A stretch of DNA of 64,000 nucleotides from an uncultured Alphaproteobacteria bacterium (GTDB lineage Bacteria; Pseudomonadota; Alphaproteobacteria; Rs-D84), in assembly GCA_947305255.1 (NCBI GenBank), contig CAMZDE010000001.1, forward strand, positions 8,305 to 72,304, written 5' to 3'. The translations under genes and the position numbers were made by a program. Of the stretch, positions 10,084 to 19,083 are shown piece by piece (position 1 is the first letter of the stretch; each line of letters begins with the position of its first letter). Under the pieces are notes generated by a model that saw nothing but the letters and a program-made list of their open reading frames with translations, was not told where the DNA came from and searched no databases.

Positions 10084-10557
10084 TTATTTTCCAAAATACA
10101 CGGATAAATTTCCACCGTCACATGATGTATCTTGGGCATCGGCCCACGTCTGAACCGACAACAAATAGCAATCTTCAGATTCCAGATTAATCATACCAAT
10201 TCTGAATCTATCTAAGGTGTCACCTTGGGTAACCACGTAATACGTATTATCACCAAAAGGTGTTGTTCCATTCGTTTTCAATAACGCTCGGGCTAATTTA
10301 GGCCCCTGCCCATTTGTAGCTATCGCACTAAGCGACGGCAAATTACCAAAATTTTCAGCCTCTGCAGTCAACATACGAACAGATTGAGCCAGTGTATTAA
10401 TTTCATCAGTGGCGCGACGACGTTTTTGCGATGACATTCCGCTTCGAATTAAAACGAACGCCCCCGCAGTCAACAATCCAGTAATTGCCAACACGCCGAC
10501 CATCTCTATCATTGAACGTCCTGATTGACTATTTGAATATCCTTTTTTCCATAACAT
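10084..10557 (-). CDS. type IV pilin-like protein, paralog 6
   Basis: QSGRSMIEMVGVLAITGLLTAGAFVLIRSGMSSQKRRRA N-terminus. C-terminal CYLLSVQTWADAQDTSC loop. Confidence 0.75.
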   Translation of the reverse strand: MLWKKGYSNSQSGRSMIEMVGVLAITGLLTAGAFVLIRSGMSSQKRRRATDEINTLAQSVRMLTAEAENFGNLPSLSAIATNGQGPKLARALLKTNGTTPFGDNTYYVVTQGDTLDRFRIGMINLESEDCYLLSVQTWADAQDTSCDGGNLSVYFGK

Positions 10558-10581
10558 TTTTTACCTTTTCTATCCTTTATT

Positions 10582-11052
10582 TTACATACCAAATCTCAAA
10601 TATACCGCCCCATCACTATTACATGACGCACCCCATACTTCAGGCCATGTCTGGGTCGCCAAAACCATGCAATCATCGTCATCTAAACCGCGAATAAACA
10701 ATTCGAAATAATCCTTTTCACCAACGCCCTTGATACTATATTTCGTATCCGGCCCAAAAGGTGTTGTCGTATTCAAATATAGTCCATCTATCAACTTTGT
10801 TCCTTCGGCTTCATCAGTTGGCAAATCTGCAAATCCATCAGGATATAAACCACGAATATTTTCAACAATCGCCATAACTTCATCAAACGTGCGCGCACGT
10901 TTTTGGGATGTTGCGCCACTACGCACCAAGACCATGGCCCCCGCAGTAATCAAACTCATTACCGCCAACACGCCGATAATTTCGACCATTGAACGTCCTG
11001 AATCCTCATATTTATATTGTTTGTTTGACATTATTTTTCTCTTACCTTTCAA
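10582..11052 (-). CDS. type IV pilin-like protein, paralog 7
   Basis: DSGRSMVEIIGVLAVMSLITAGAMVLVRSGATSQKRAR N-terminus. C-terminal CMVLATQTWPEVWGASC loop. Confidence 0.7.
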   Translation of the reverse strand: MKGKRKIMSNKQYKYEDSGRSMVEIIGVLAVMSLITAGAMVLVRSGATSQKRARTFDEVMAIVENIRGLYPDGFADLPTDEAEGTKLIDGLYLNTTTPFGPDTKYSIKGVGEKDYFELFIRGLDDDDCMVLATQTWPEVWGASCNSDGAVYLRFGM

Positions 11053-11060
11053 TATTTTTC

Positions 11061-11519
11061 TTATTTGGTATATGCAACGTTCACAAAACCAGTACCATTA
11101 CAATTATATTTTACAGAATTTTTAACCGCCCCAGGCCAAGATTTTTTGGCCAACACGATACAATCACGATCTGGCACATGAGTAATACTGACACGGAAAG
11201 TCTGAAAACTTTCATCTGTTTTGTCCACGGTCACCGCATATTTAGACCCTGAATACGGCCCATTATCATCAATTGCCATTGCCGCCAACACATCGTCACC
11301 ACTGGTCCAATCTTTCAAATTATCGTAATCTGCGAATAATGTACGAACACCCGTTACTATCTTAGAAAAATCGTCCATAACAGTATTGCGCCGTTGGGTT
11401 GCCATCGCACTACGTATCATAACAAACGCACCCGCAGACATTATCGTCATTATCGCCAATACGCCGATGATTTCCAACATTGACCGACCAGACTCTGCCT
11501 TTCTTGTGATTTTATACAT
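11061..11519 (-). CDS. type IV pilin-like protein, paralog 8 (first gene of the array)
   Basis: ESGRSMLEIIGVLAIMTIMSAGAFVMIRSAMATQRRN N-terminus. C-terminal CIVLAKKSW...KYNC. ATG at 11519 with AGAGGG RBS. Confidence 0.7.
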   Translation of the reverse strand: MYKITRKAESGRSMLEIIGVLAIMTIMSAGAFVMIRSAMATQRRNTVMDDFSKIVTGVRTLFADYDNLKDWTSGDDVLAAMAIDDNGPYSGSKYAVTVDKTDESFQTFRVSITHVPDRDCIVLAKKSWPGAVKNSVKYNCNGTGFVNVAYTK

Positions 11520-11567
11520 CAATGCAACCCTCTTGATTTTTATGAATTATATTTTATCATAAAATTC

Positions 11568-12995
11568 ATGACTATTCAATTCAAAGATTTAATAAAAAAC
11601 GCCCCGTTATCACCCGGAATTTACAAGATGTATGACAATTCGGGTAATCTGTTATATGTCGGCAAAGCAAAAAATTTATCGAATCGTTTGAATCAATACG
11701 TTGATATTTCAAGACTGGAAAACCATAAACAGGTCATGCGCTCGTTGGTTAAGCGTGTTGAATGGGAAATTACTCAAAACGAATCAGATGCGCTGATATT
11801 AGAACAAAAACTTATCAAAACATTAAAGCCGAAATACAATATCATGCTGACCGACGGAAAAATGTATCCAATGTTGGCATTGACACGACATGAATTTCCA
11901 CGGCTATTAAAATTTCGCGGTAAAATAACCCAACGAACAGATGTATATGGCCCATACCCGTCGGTTCATGCATTAAACGACACAATCAAAACCATACAAC
12001 GCGTATGCCAATTACGCACATGCAATGATACATTTATGCGCAACAGAACACGTCCATGTTTGCTTTATCAAATTGGCCGATGCAGCGCACCATGTTGTAT
12101 TCCACAAACAAATTACGATAAAAACGTTCAATTGGCACGTCGTATTTTAACAGGGGATAGCGAACCTATTATCTCTGACCTGACAAAAAAAATGAAAGAT
12201 TTTGCCGAAAACCAAGACTATGAAAATGCGGCAATTATGCGTGATAAAATTACGGCATTAACAAATACAACAAATCGCGGTATACGCCAGAAATCAACGT
12301 ATAACCAAAATTTTGATTGGGATAAACGTGTATCAGAATTGGAAAATTGGTTGGGCATAAAAATAAACTGTGCGGGGGTTTTTGATAACTCTCACCTGTT
12401 TGGTAAAAACCCAGTCGGCGCAATGATAGCATTTGGCCACGACGGTTTTATAAAATCATCATATCGACATTTCAAATTACGTGACATGCGACGTGCCGGC
12501 AACGATATCGCGATGATGGAAGAATTTGTTCAACGTGCCATAGACGATAATCCAAATCTCGATTTAATTATCGTTGACGGGGGGCCTGCCCAATGGAATA
12601 TCGCGCAAAAAGTTGCAAACGGAAAAATCCCTGTATTGGGCGTTACCAAAGGTGTTGTCAGAAATGGTGACGAACATTTTATTATGTTGGACGGTTCTGT
12701 GAATACATCTCTTGCCAAAGACAGTCCATTGTTTTTATTACTGCGTGCTGTCCGTGACGAAGCGCACCGTTTCGTGATTACATATCACCGCACAGTTCGC
12801 GCAAAACAATTGACCGCCAGCTGTATTGATGAAATCGAAGGCATCGGTCCAATTCGTAAAAAACAACTATTGCAACATTATGGTTCGATTCGTGCAATCA
12901 TGGACGCAGATTTAAAATCTTTGTTGCACGTCCCAGGCCTTGGAAAATCCGCTGCGGAAAAAATATATGCATATTTTCATTCCGAAGTGTTATAA
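11568..12995 (+). CDS. uvrC: excinuclease ABC subunit C
   Basis: N-terminal GIY-YIG (GIYKMYDNSGNLLYVGKAKNLSNRLNQY). Cys-rich region, UVR domain and C-terminal HhH (IEGIGPIRKKQLL...GLGKSAAEKI). A compact 475 aa version. Confidence 0.85.
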   Translation: MTIQFKDLIKNAPLSPGIYKMYDNSGNLLYVGKAKNLSNRLNQYVDISRLENHKQVMRSLVKRVEWEITQNESDALILEQKLIKTLKPKYNIMLTDGKMYPMLALTRHEFPRLLKFRGKITQRTDVYGPYPSVHALNDTIKTIQRVCQLRTCNDTFMRNRTRPCLLYQIGRCSAPCCIPQTNYDKNVQLARRILTGDSEPIISDLTKKMKDFAENQDYENAAIMRDKITALTNTTNRGIRQKSTYNQNFDWDKRVSELENWLGIKINCAGVFDNSHLFGKNPVGAMIAFGHDGFIKSSYRHFKLRDMRRAGNDIAMMEEFVQRAIDDNPNLDLIIVDGGPAQWNIAQKVANGKIPVLGVTKGVVRNGDEHFIMLDGSVNTSLAKDSPLFLLLRAVRDEAHRFVITYHRTVRAKQLTASCIDEIEGIGPIRKKQLLQHYGSIRAIMDADLKSLLHVPGLGKSAAEKIYAYFHSEVL

Positions 12996-13029
12996 TAAAT
13001 AAAATCAAACAACAAAGGAGAAAACATCT

Positions 13030-13629
13030 ATGAAAAAATTTGTGAACTTTTTATCTGCGTTTCGTATTGCAGCCGCCTTTGCAATAATACCGACAATCAT
13101 GTTCGGATTGTATTGGCCAACATTTATTATATATGCATTGGGCGCAATATCCGATTGGTTCGACGGATTTTTGGCGCGCAAATATAATTGCTGTTCTAAA
13201 TTAGGCGGCGTGATGGATCATATCGGTGATAAATTGTTGGTATGCAATTCTTTAATCATGTTAACTATTTTGATGCCAGTCTGGTTCATAGTTATCCCTG
13301 TAATCATTATGATTGCGCGCGAATTGTATATCAGCGGCCTTCGCGAATTCTTGGGCACACAAAAAATTGAAATGCCGGTACCAAAGGCACGTTTTTCGAT
13401 GGGAAAAATAAAAACAACAATTCAAATGATTGCGATTGCTGCGTTTTTCTTGCTGATGTCTGTCGGTTCTTCCGTCACCCCTAACACAACCAGCAGCATC
13501 GTATTTTATATGATTTATACATTACCACAAATTGGTATATTTTGTTTGTGGTTTGCATTGGTGGCATCTATTTGGAGTGCGACACAATACACAATTACAT
13601 TTGCACAAAAATTAAAGAAAATAAAATAA
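13030..13629 (+). CDS. pgsA: CDP-diacylglycerol--glycerol-3-phosphate 3-phosphatidyltransferase
   Basis: CDP-alcohol phosphatidyltransferase motif DWFDGFLAR...GGVMDHIGDK. Multi-TM. AAAGGAG RBS. Confidence 0.8.
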   Translation: MKKFVNFLSAFRIAAAFAIIPTIMFGLYWPTFIIYALGAISDWFDGFLARKYNCCSKLGGVMDHIGDKLLVCNSLIMLTILMPVWFIVIPVIIMIARELYISGLREFLGTQKIEMPVPKARFSMGKIKTTIQMIAIAAFFLLMSVGSSVTPNTTSSIVFYMIYTLPQIGIFCLWFALVASIWSATQYTITFAQKLKKIK

Positions 13630-13654
13630 GTCATCAACATAAAAAACACAAAAA

Positions 13655-13684
13655 GAAAAAACCGCCTATACGGCGGTTTTTCTT
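13655..13684. terminator. bidirectional intrinsic terminator between pgsA and parE
   Basis: CCGCCTATACGGCGG hairpin flanked by an A-run and a T-run. Confidence 0.55.
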
Positions 13685-13701
13685 GGATTACTAAAAATTT
13701 A

Positions 13702-15666
13702 TTACACAAATAAATCCTTAACAAATTGTGCGTGTTCTGTGATAAATTTAAATCTGAACTCTGGTTTTTTACCCATCAAATCATTTACCAAAGTTTTTGT
13801 TTTTTCGGTATCTTCGACACCTTCTTCGGTTTTAGGTGGTAAATCAACGCGAATTAATCGACGTGTTTTCGCAGACATAGTTGTTTCTTTCAATTGGTTC
13901 GGCATCATTTCACCCAAACCTTTGAATCGTGATATTTCAACTTTTCTGTTTTTGTATTTATTCGCCTTTAATTCTTCTAATTCCTCATCAGTATCTACAT
14001 AAATCGATTCGGTTCCACACGTCAATTTATAAAGTGGCGGACAAGACAAATACAAATGTCCCCCATAAATCAATTGTGGCATATATTGATAGAAAAACGC
14101 CATCAACAGCGACGCAATATGGCTGCCGTCAACGTCAGCATCGGTCATGATAATAATTTTTTCATAGCGCAATTTTGCATCGTCCCAATCTTTCGCAGTT
14201 CCTGCACCGATAATATCAATCAAATCATTCAATTCACGATTTGCACTGAATTTTTCATCAGAATTAGACAACACATTCAAAACCTTACCGCGCAACGGCA
14301 TAATCGCTTGGGTTGCCCTATCCCGTGCCTGCTTTGCTGTTCCACCTGCAGATTCACCCTCAACAATAAACAATTCAGTTCCTTCGACACCGTGTTTTGA
14401 ACAATCGGCTAATTTCGCAGGCATACGAATCCGCTTAGTCGGGGTTTTGCGCGCAACATCTTTGACTTGCTTTGTTTTAATACGCGCATTTGCCAAATTT
14501 ATCACAAATTCCAACAAAGCATTTGCAGTTTTCGGATCCGATGCCAAAAACATTTCCCATGGATCTTTGACTGCATTTTCTGTGTATCGCGCAATTTCAG
14601 GATTCGACAATTTTTCTTTGGTTTGACCTAAAAATTGTGGCGTTCTATAAAACACAGAAACAATCGCCGCAACCGAATCAAAAACATCTTCGCCAATAAT
14701 AGACGCCGCCGCTTTGTTATTTATCTTTTCACCGTACGCCTTTAACCCCTTGGTTATTGCAGCCTTAAATCCAGCCTCATGCGTGCCACCATCAATCGTC
14801 GCAATCGTATTGCAATATGACGCAAAAAATCCATCATCAGACGCCGCCCCATTTTCATCAGTCAACACAGTCAACGCCCATTCCACGCGTCCCATATCAT
14901 CAGGAAAATCAATCGCGCCCGAAAAAATCTTTGGCAGAATACGTGGCTTAGAATCCGTCTTTTCCGCGACAAAATCTGCAACACCGTTCGGATAGTAAAA
15001 CACTTTGTCCGCTTCGATATTCATATCTTCGGTCAATAGTGCCGGATTACAATGCCATTCAATCTTTACCCCACGTGACAGAAACGATTTCGCCCGCGCC
15101 ATACGATAAATCTTAATCGGCTTAAACACAGCGCTTTCGCCAAAGATTTCATCATCTAATGTAAATCTGATTTTTGTTCCATGCGCCTTGGTCGCCGCGC
15201 CGCGCTCAATAGGACTGGTTGTTTTACCGCGTGAAAAAGTCTGGTGCCATTCGTATCCATCGCGCGAAATAACGACATCCATATTTGACGATAGTGCATT
15301 TACAACCGCACTGCCGACCCCGTGCAAACCACCACTGGTTTTATAAACATTGTTATTAAATTTTCCCCCCGAATGCAGGGTTGTCAAAATAACCTCTAAC
15401 GCGGATTTCCCAGGATATTTAGGATGTTCATCAACCGGAATTCCACGTCCGTCATCTGTGATTTCTATGGTTTTTGAATCGATTAAATTTACAACAATTT
15501 TCTTTGCAAAACCGGCGACCGCTTCGTCAATAGAATTATCCATAATTTCGACCGGCAAATGATGCCATGCCTTTTCATCGGTTCCGCCAATATACATCCC
15601 CGGACGCAAACGTACGGGTTCTAAGCCTTCCAGAACTTGAATATCAGACGCATCGTATTTATTCAT
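13702..15666 (-). CDS. parE: DNA topoisomerase IV subunit B
   Basis: GyrB/ParE ATPase and TOPRIM motifs (LEGLEPVRLRPGMYIGGTD, GLHGVGSAVVNALS, EGESAGG). The 654 aa length fits ParE rather than GyrB. Confidence 0.8.
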   Translation of the reverse strand: MNKYDASDIQVLEGLEPVRLRPGMYIGGTDEKAWHHLPVEIMDNSIDEAVAGFAKKIVVNLIDSKTIEITDDGRGIPVDEHPKYPGKSALEVILTTLHSGGKFNNNVYKTSGGLHGVGSAVVNALSSNMDVVISRDGYEWHQTFSRGKTTSPIERGAATKAHGTKIRFTLDDEIFGESAVFKPIKIYRMARAKSFLSRGVKIEWHCNPALLTEDMNIEADKVFYYPNGVADFVAEKTDSKPRILPKIFSGAIDFPDDMGRVEWALTVLTDENGAASDDGFFASYCNTIATIDGGTHEAGFKAAITKGLKAYGEKINNKAAASIIGEDVFDSVAAIVSVFYRTPQFLGQTKEKLSNPEIARYTENAVKDPWEMFLASDPKTANALLEFVINLANARIKTKQVKDVARKTPTKRIRMPAKLADCSKHGVEGTELFIVEGESAGGTAKQARDRATQAIMPLRGKVLNVLSNSDEKFSANRELNDLIDIIGAGTAKDWDDAKLRYEKIIIMTDADVDGSHIASLLMAFFYQYMPQLIYGGHLYLSCPPLYKLTCGTESIYVDTDEELEELKANKYKNRKVEISRFKGLGEMMPNQLKETTMSAKTRRLIRVDLPPKTEEGVEDTEKTKTLVNDLMGKKPEFRFKFITEHAQFVKDLFV

Positions 15667-15834
15667 ATTTTTCCCATTTTAACAACATATTATTATAACA
15701 TTTTTCCATTTTGTGCAAGGGCAAAATCGCCCCGCCCCACCCAAAACACGGGAAAAATATAAGTATCATGCGCACTTGATTTTTATCCAAATATAACTAT
15801 ATACTTCATAAAGTAAAAAATTGGTGAATAAAAA

Positions 15835-16968
15835 ATGAATAAGAATCCTTATGAAGTCCTTGGGGTCTCGCGCGACGCGTCAGACACCGATATCAAAAAG
15901 GCCTATCATAAATTGGTTATGAAATATCACCCTGATAAAAACCCAGGGGACAAAGCGGCCGAAGAAAAGTTTAAGGAAGTTAACAATGCATTTGATATAT
16001 TAAAAGACCCGCAAAAACGCGCGGCATATGACCGATTCGGTGACGCGGCATTTGCCGGCGGCAACGGGGCCAGCGCAGGCGGCGGCTTTAACGGCAATCC
16101 ATTTGGCAACGGCGCATTTCATTTCAATATGGGTGGCGGCGACATGGGCGGAATGGAAGATATTTTACGCGAAGCCATGCGTGGTTTTGGATTTGGTGGC
16201 GGGTTTGGCGACGGCGCGCGCGGGAATCAACAACAACGCGGCCGCGATTTATTGGACGAAGTCGTCATCGATTTAAAAGATGCTTTTTTCGGCACAACAC
16301 ATACTGTAAAATTCACCAGTGCGGTAAAATGCGAAAAATGTAATGGCAACGGCACGGCCGACGGCAAACCTGCCCCAACATGTAAGACATGCGGTGGCAC
16401 AGGATACGTCCACGCACGTCAGGGATTTTTCGCGGTCGAAACACCATGCCCTGATTGTCATGGATTGGGCAAACAGATCGATAAAAAATGCAGTGCCTGT
16501 GACGGCACCGGCACGGTTAATAAACAGCGCACATTGGATGTAAAAATTCCCGCCGGTATTATGGACGGCGCGCGCCTGCGTATGGCCGGCATGGGCGAAG
16601 CGGCCCCGAACGGTGGCCCCGCAGGCGATTTCTATATCGATGTCCATATCCGTCCAAATAAAACATTTGAACGCATCGGTAACGATTTGTTAATGCGACG
16701 CGATATTGATTTTGCAACCCTGACTTTGGGTGGCGAAATAGAAATTGAAACAATCGACGATAAAAAATTGTCAGTAAAAATCCCATCGGGAACTCAGGTT
16801 GGTGAAAAATTGCGTGTCCGCGGACATGGTATGCCAACGGGCCGCGGTGGCTTTGGCGATTTATACATTGAAATCGGAATTGTCATACCCAAAAAATTAA
16901 CCGAAAAACAAAAGAAGGCATTGGCCGAATTCGCCGGCATAAAGAGCGATAAAAAAGGTTGGTTTTAA
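15835..16968 (+). CDS. dnaJ: molecular chaperone DnaJ
   Basis: J-domain with HPD ([10 protein letters not shown]). Gly/Phe-rich linker. Four CxxCxGxG zinc-finger repeats. C-terminal substrate-binding domain. Confidence 0.9.
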   Translation: MNKNPYEVLGVSRDASDTDIKKAYHKLVMKYHPDKNPGDKAAEEKFKEVNNAFDILKDPQKRAAYDRFGDAAFAGGNGASAGGGFNGNPFGNGAFHFNMGGGDMGGMEDILREAMRGFGFGGGFGDGARGNQQQRGRDLLDEVVIDLKDAFFGTTHTVKFTSAVKCEKCNGNGTADGKPAPTCKTCGGTGYVHARQGFFAVETPCPDCHGLGKQIDKKCSACDGTGTVNKQRTLDVKIPAGIMDGARLRMAGMGEAAPNGGPAGDFYIDVHIRPNKTFERIGNDLLMRRDIDFATLTLGGEIEIETIDDKKLSVKIPSGTQVGEKLRVRGHGMPTGRGGFGDLYIEIGIVIPKKLTEKQKKALAEFAGIKSDKKGWF

Positions 16969-16998
16969 CACCAACCTTTTTTTAATCCGAATACAATA

Positions 16999-17517
16999 TT
17001 AAAAACCATTCGTCAAAGAGACACTGGTTATATCATCACTGTCCCAAGTTGTATAAACAGCAACCTGTTGCGCAGCGATATAATCTTTCACAGCTTTTAC
17101 AGCCCCACTCAACCCATCTCCCGCAACAAGAAACCGCGAAAGAAGATTAGTCTGCAAATTATCGTTTAAAAATACTTCTCTGACTATATCGTCACCTGCC
17201 ACTGACCCAAGTGCCATATTTTCCATTGCTCTACCTGTTTCGTCATTAATAATCTTTCCCTGTTTATCACTGTCCAATTTATTCACCGCCGCAATTGCGT
17301 CATTGTATGCACCCTTGACATACGCAGTGGTGGCGATATGCGTTTCGTCGGCCGCCGTTGGTGTGATTGTCACATATGGTGCCGGTGCAGTTGCAACAAC
17401 CGCCGTTCCATTTGCCGGCACCGCGGACGGCCCGACCGGCGTCACAGGGTCTGCATTTGCAGCAAACGTCGACGACGCAATCATTGTTAATGTTAATAAT
17501 AGCTGTTTCGTTGTCAT
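16999..17517 (-). CDS. secreted protein of unknown function, HIATTAYVKGAYN/YTTWDDD family, copy A
   Basis: Start MTTKQLLLTLTMIASSTFAANA (signal peptide) with GGAGAG RBS. Shares the conserved core TADETHIATTAYVKGAYNDAIAAVNK and C-terminal YTTWDSDD with the ORFs at 22355-22846 and 52007-52540. Confidence 0.6.
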   Translation of the reverse strand: MTTKQLLLTLTMIASSTFAANADPVTPVGPSAVPANGTAVVATAPAPYVTITPTAADETHIATTAYVKGAYNDAIAAVNKLDSDKQGKIINDETGRAMENMALGSVAGDDIVREVFLNDNLQTNLLSRFLVAGDGLSGAVKAVKDYIAAQQVAVYTTWDSDDITSVSLTNGF

Positions 17518-17723
17518 TGTTTCTCTCCTTTTGTTCGTTTTAACAACAAACAACCACCCGATTAAATGGGTGGTTGGAGGTTCAAGACAATTGTAGTTTA
17601 AATTGTGCCGTTTATTTTACCATATGGTATTATTCACGGGCCCTCCAACCATAAATTAAGGTTGGAGTTTTTACGTCTCTCCTGACGAACTTACATCGGG
17701 CCTTGATACCCCATCGGAAAAAC
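17518..17723 (-). promoter_or_regulatory. conserved structured 5' leader, copy 1, with terminator/antiterminator alternative pairing (candidate riboswitch or attenuator)
   Basis: Read on the minus strand. 5' hairpin UCGGAAAGGG..CCGA. Central stem with conserved GAAUAA and ACAAUUU/AAAUUGU hairpin. CUCCAACC/GGUUGGAG, GGUUGGAGG/CCUCCAACC and CAACCACCC/GGGUGGUUG+UUUGUUGUU pairings are mutually exclusive. Two more copies with compensatory substitutions are at 22847-23107 and 52541-52745. Confidence 0.5.
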
Positions 17724-17729
17724 CCTTTC

Positions 17730-17738
17730 CGACGTAAA
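17730..17738 (-). promoter_or_regulatory. putative extended -10 promoter element TGATAAAAT for the leader and copy A
   Basis: Minus-strand TGATAAAAT lies about 7 nt upstream of the conserved GUCGG leader start. The same nonamer is at the same position in the other two copies (23114-23122, 52752-52760). Confidence 0.35.
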
Positions 17739-17770
17739 TATTTTATCATTTTTCAAAAACTAAAACAAGG

Positions 17771-17800
17771 ACAAAAAAAGTACCGCCCAAACGGGCGGTT
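17771..17800 (-). terminator. intrinsic terminator of dnaA
   Basis: ACCGCCCAAACGGGCGGT hairpin followed on the minus strand by TTTTTTTGTCC. Confidence 0.6.
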
Positions 17801-17805
17801 ATGTT

Positions 17806-19083
17806 TTATTTGCAAACTTTAATTAAATCGGCGATTTCTGCATTCAATATTAAATCCGACGCCTTTTGATTTTCAATTTGTGACAATGCATACACAACCG
17901 TTGCATGATCGCGGCCGCCGCATACGTTGCCAATTTCGGTCAACGATAAATTTGTAACAGATTTTAATACAGCCATCATTATCTGACGCGCACGAACCAA
18001 ACGACGTGTGCGGGAATTACCACAAATTTCATCATATGAAACACACATTTTTTCACACATAGATTTTACCATCATCGTTGGTGTTTTATTTTTATTCAAC
18101 ACATCACCCAACAAACGCGCGGCAACATCCATATCTACGGTTTCACCCATCAATTCAGTATATGTTTTAATTTTGCTGATGATGCCATTCACCAAATGAC
18201 CATCGCCACCAATTTGTTTTGATAATTCATCTGCAACCGTTCCATCAACACCGGCACGATTTAACATAGCGCGACGAACATATGCGTTCGGTGCAACAAC
18301 ATCAACCACCAAACCCGACGCGAACAGCGATTGCATACGTCTATCGAACCCAGTCAACGCGTTCGGTGCAGCGTTCGCAGTCAACACAACCGATTTTCCA
18401 TTTGCGCGCAAATCAGTCAACAACTGTAAAAATTCGTCCATTGTCGCACGTTTGCCGGCCAACGCACAAACATCGTCCAAAATGAACATATCGCAATTGC
18501 GGCAATAATCTTTGAATGAAAATATAGTTTTATCACGCAATGCACGTGCAAAATCAGAAACAAATTGTCCACCCGACATCATAACAACACGTTTGTTTGA
18601 TGTCGCACAAATGCAATTCGCTAACAATGTTTTACCACAACCCGCCGGCCCAGCGATAAACAGTTGTGAAAATGATGCCCCACCAACAGCAATCTTTTTG
18701 CATGCGGCCACCGCGAACATATTATCATCACAGGCAACAAAATCATCAAACGCATTACGTTTTGCCTGAACAATATTTTTTGTTTCTGGGGCGTATGCAC
18801 AAACAACATTATCATTTGCAGAATTCAAATTCACATGTGCCGCCACAGCGATATTTAATTCCAAAGAAAAATCCGCCGCAATGTCTTGGATGATTTTTCC
18901 ATAATTTCTTTTGACATGGTCGGCGGAAAATTGATTGTGCGCAATTAAATTCAAACGATTATCAACAATTTCAAATTGCAGCGGCATAACCCAGGCAGCA
19001 AACCCCGCAGAATCTATCTGTGACGCAATCGCCATTTTGATTGATTCTACATTTACGTTCTGTTTTGTTATTGCTAACTGCAT
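17806..19083 (-). CDS. dnaA: chromosomal replication initiator protein DnaA (compact, 425 aa)
   Basis: AAA+ Walker A GPAGCGKT. Domain IV signature RTRRLVRARQIMMAVLK...IGNVCGGRDHATVVYA. Confidence 0.85.
   Translation of the reverse strand: MQLAITKQNVNVESIKMAIASQIDSAGFAAWVMPLQFEIVDNRLNLIAHNQFSADHVKRNYGKIIQDIAADFSLELNIAVAAHVNLNSANDNVVCAYAPETKNIVQAKRNAFDDFVACDDNMFAVAACKKIAVGGASFSQLFIAGPAGCGKTLLANCICATSNKRVVMMSGGQFVSDFARALRDKTIFSFKDYCRNCDMFILDDVCALAGKRATMDEFLQLLTDLRANGKSVVLTANAAPNALTGFDRRMQSLFASGLVVDVVAPNAYVRRAMLNRAGVDGTVADELSKQIGGDGHLVNGIISKIKTYTELMGETVDMDVAARLLGDVLNKNKTPTMMVKSMCEKMCVSYDEICGNSRTRRLVRARQIMMAVLKSVTNLSLTEIGNVCGGRDHATVVYALSQIENQKASDLILNAEIADLIKVCK

Noticed and set aside
15760-15800. 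Possible alphaproteobacterial sigma-32 type promoter (CTTG-N18-CTATAT) upstream of dnaJ
   Set aside because: The -10 part does not match CYTATNT well. dnaJ lacks a dnaK partner here. Too weak to call.
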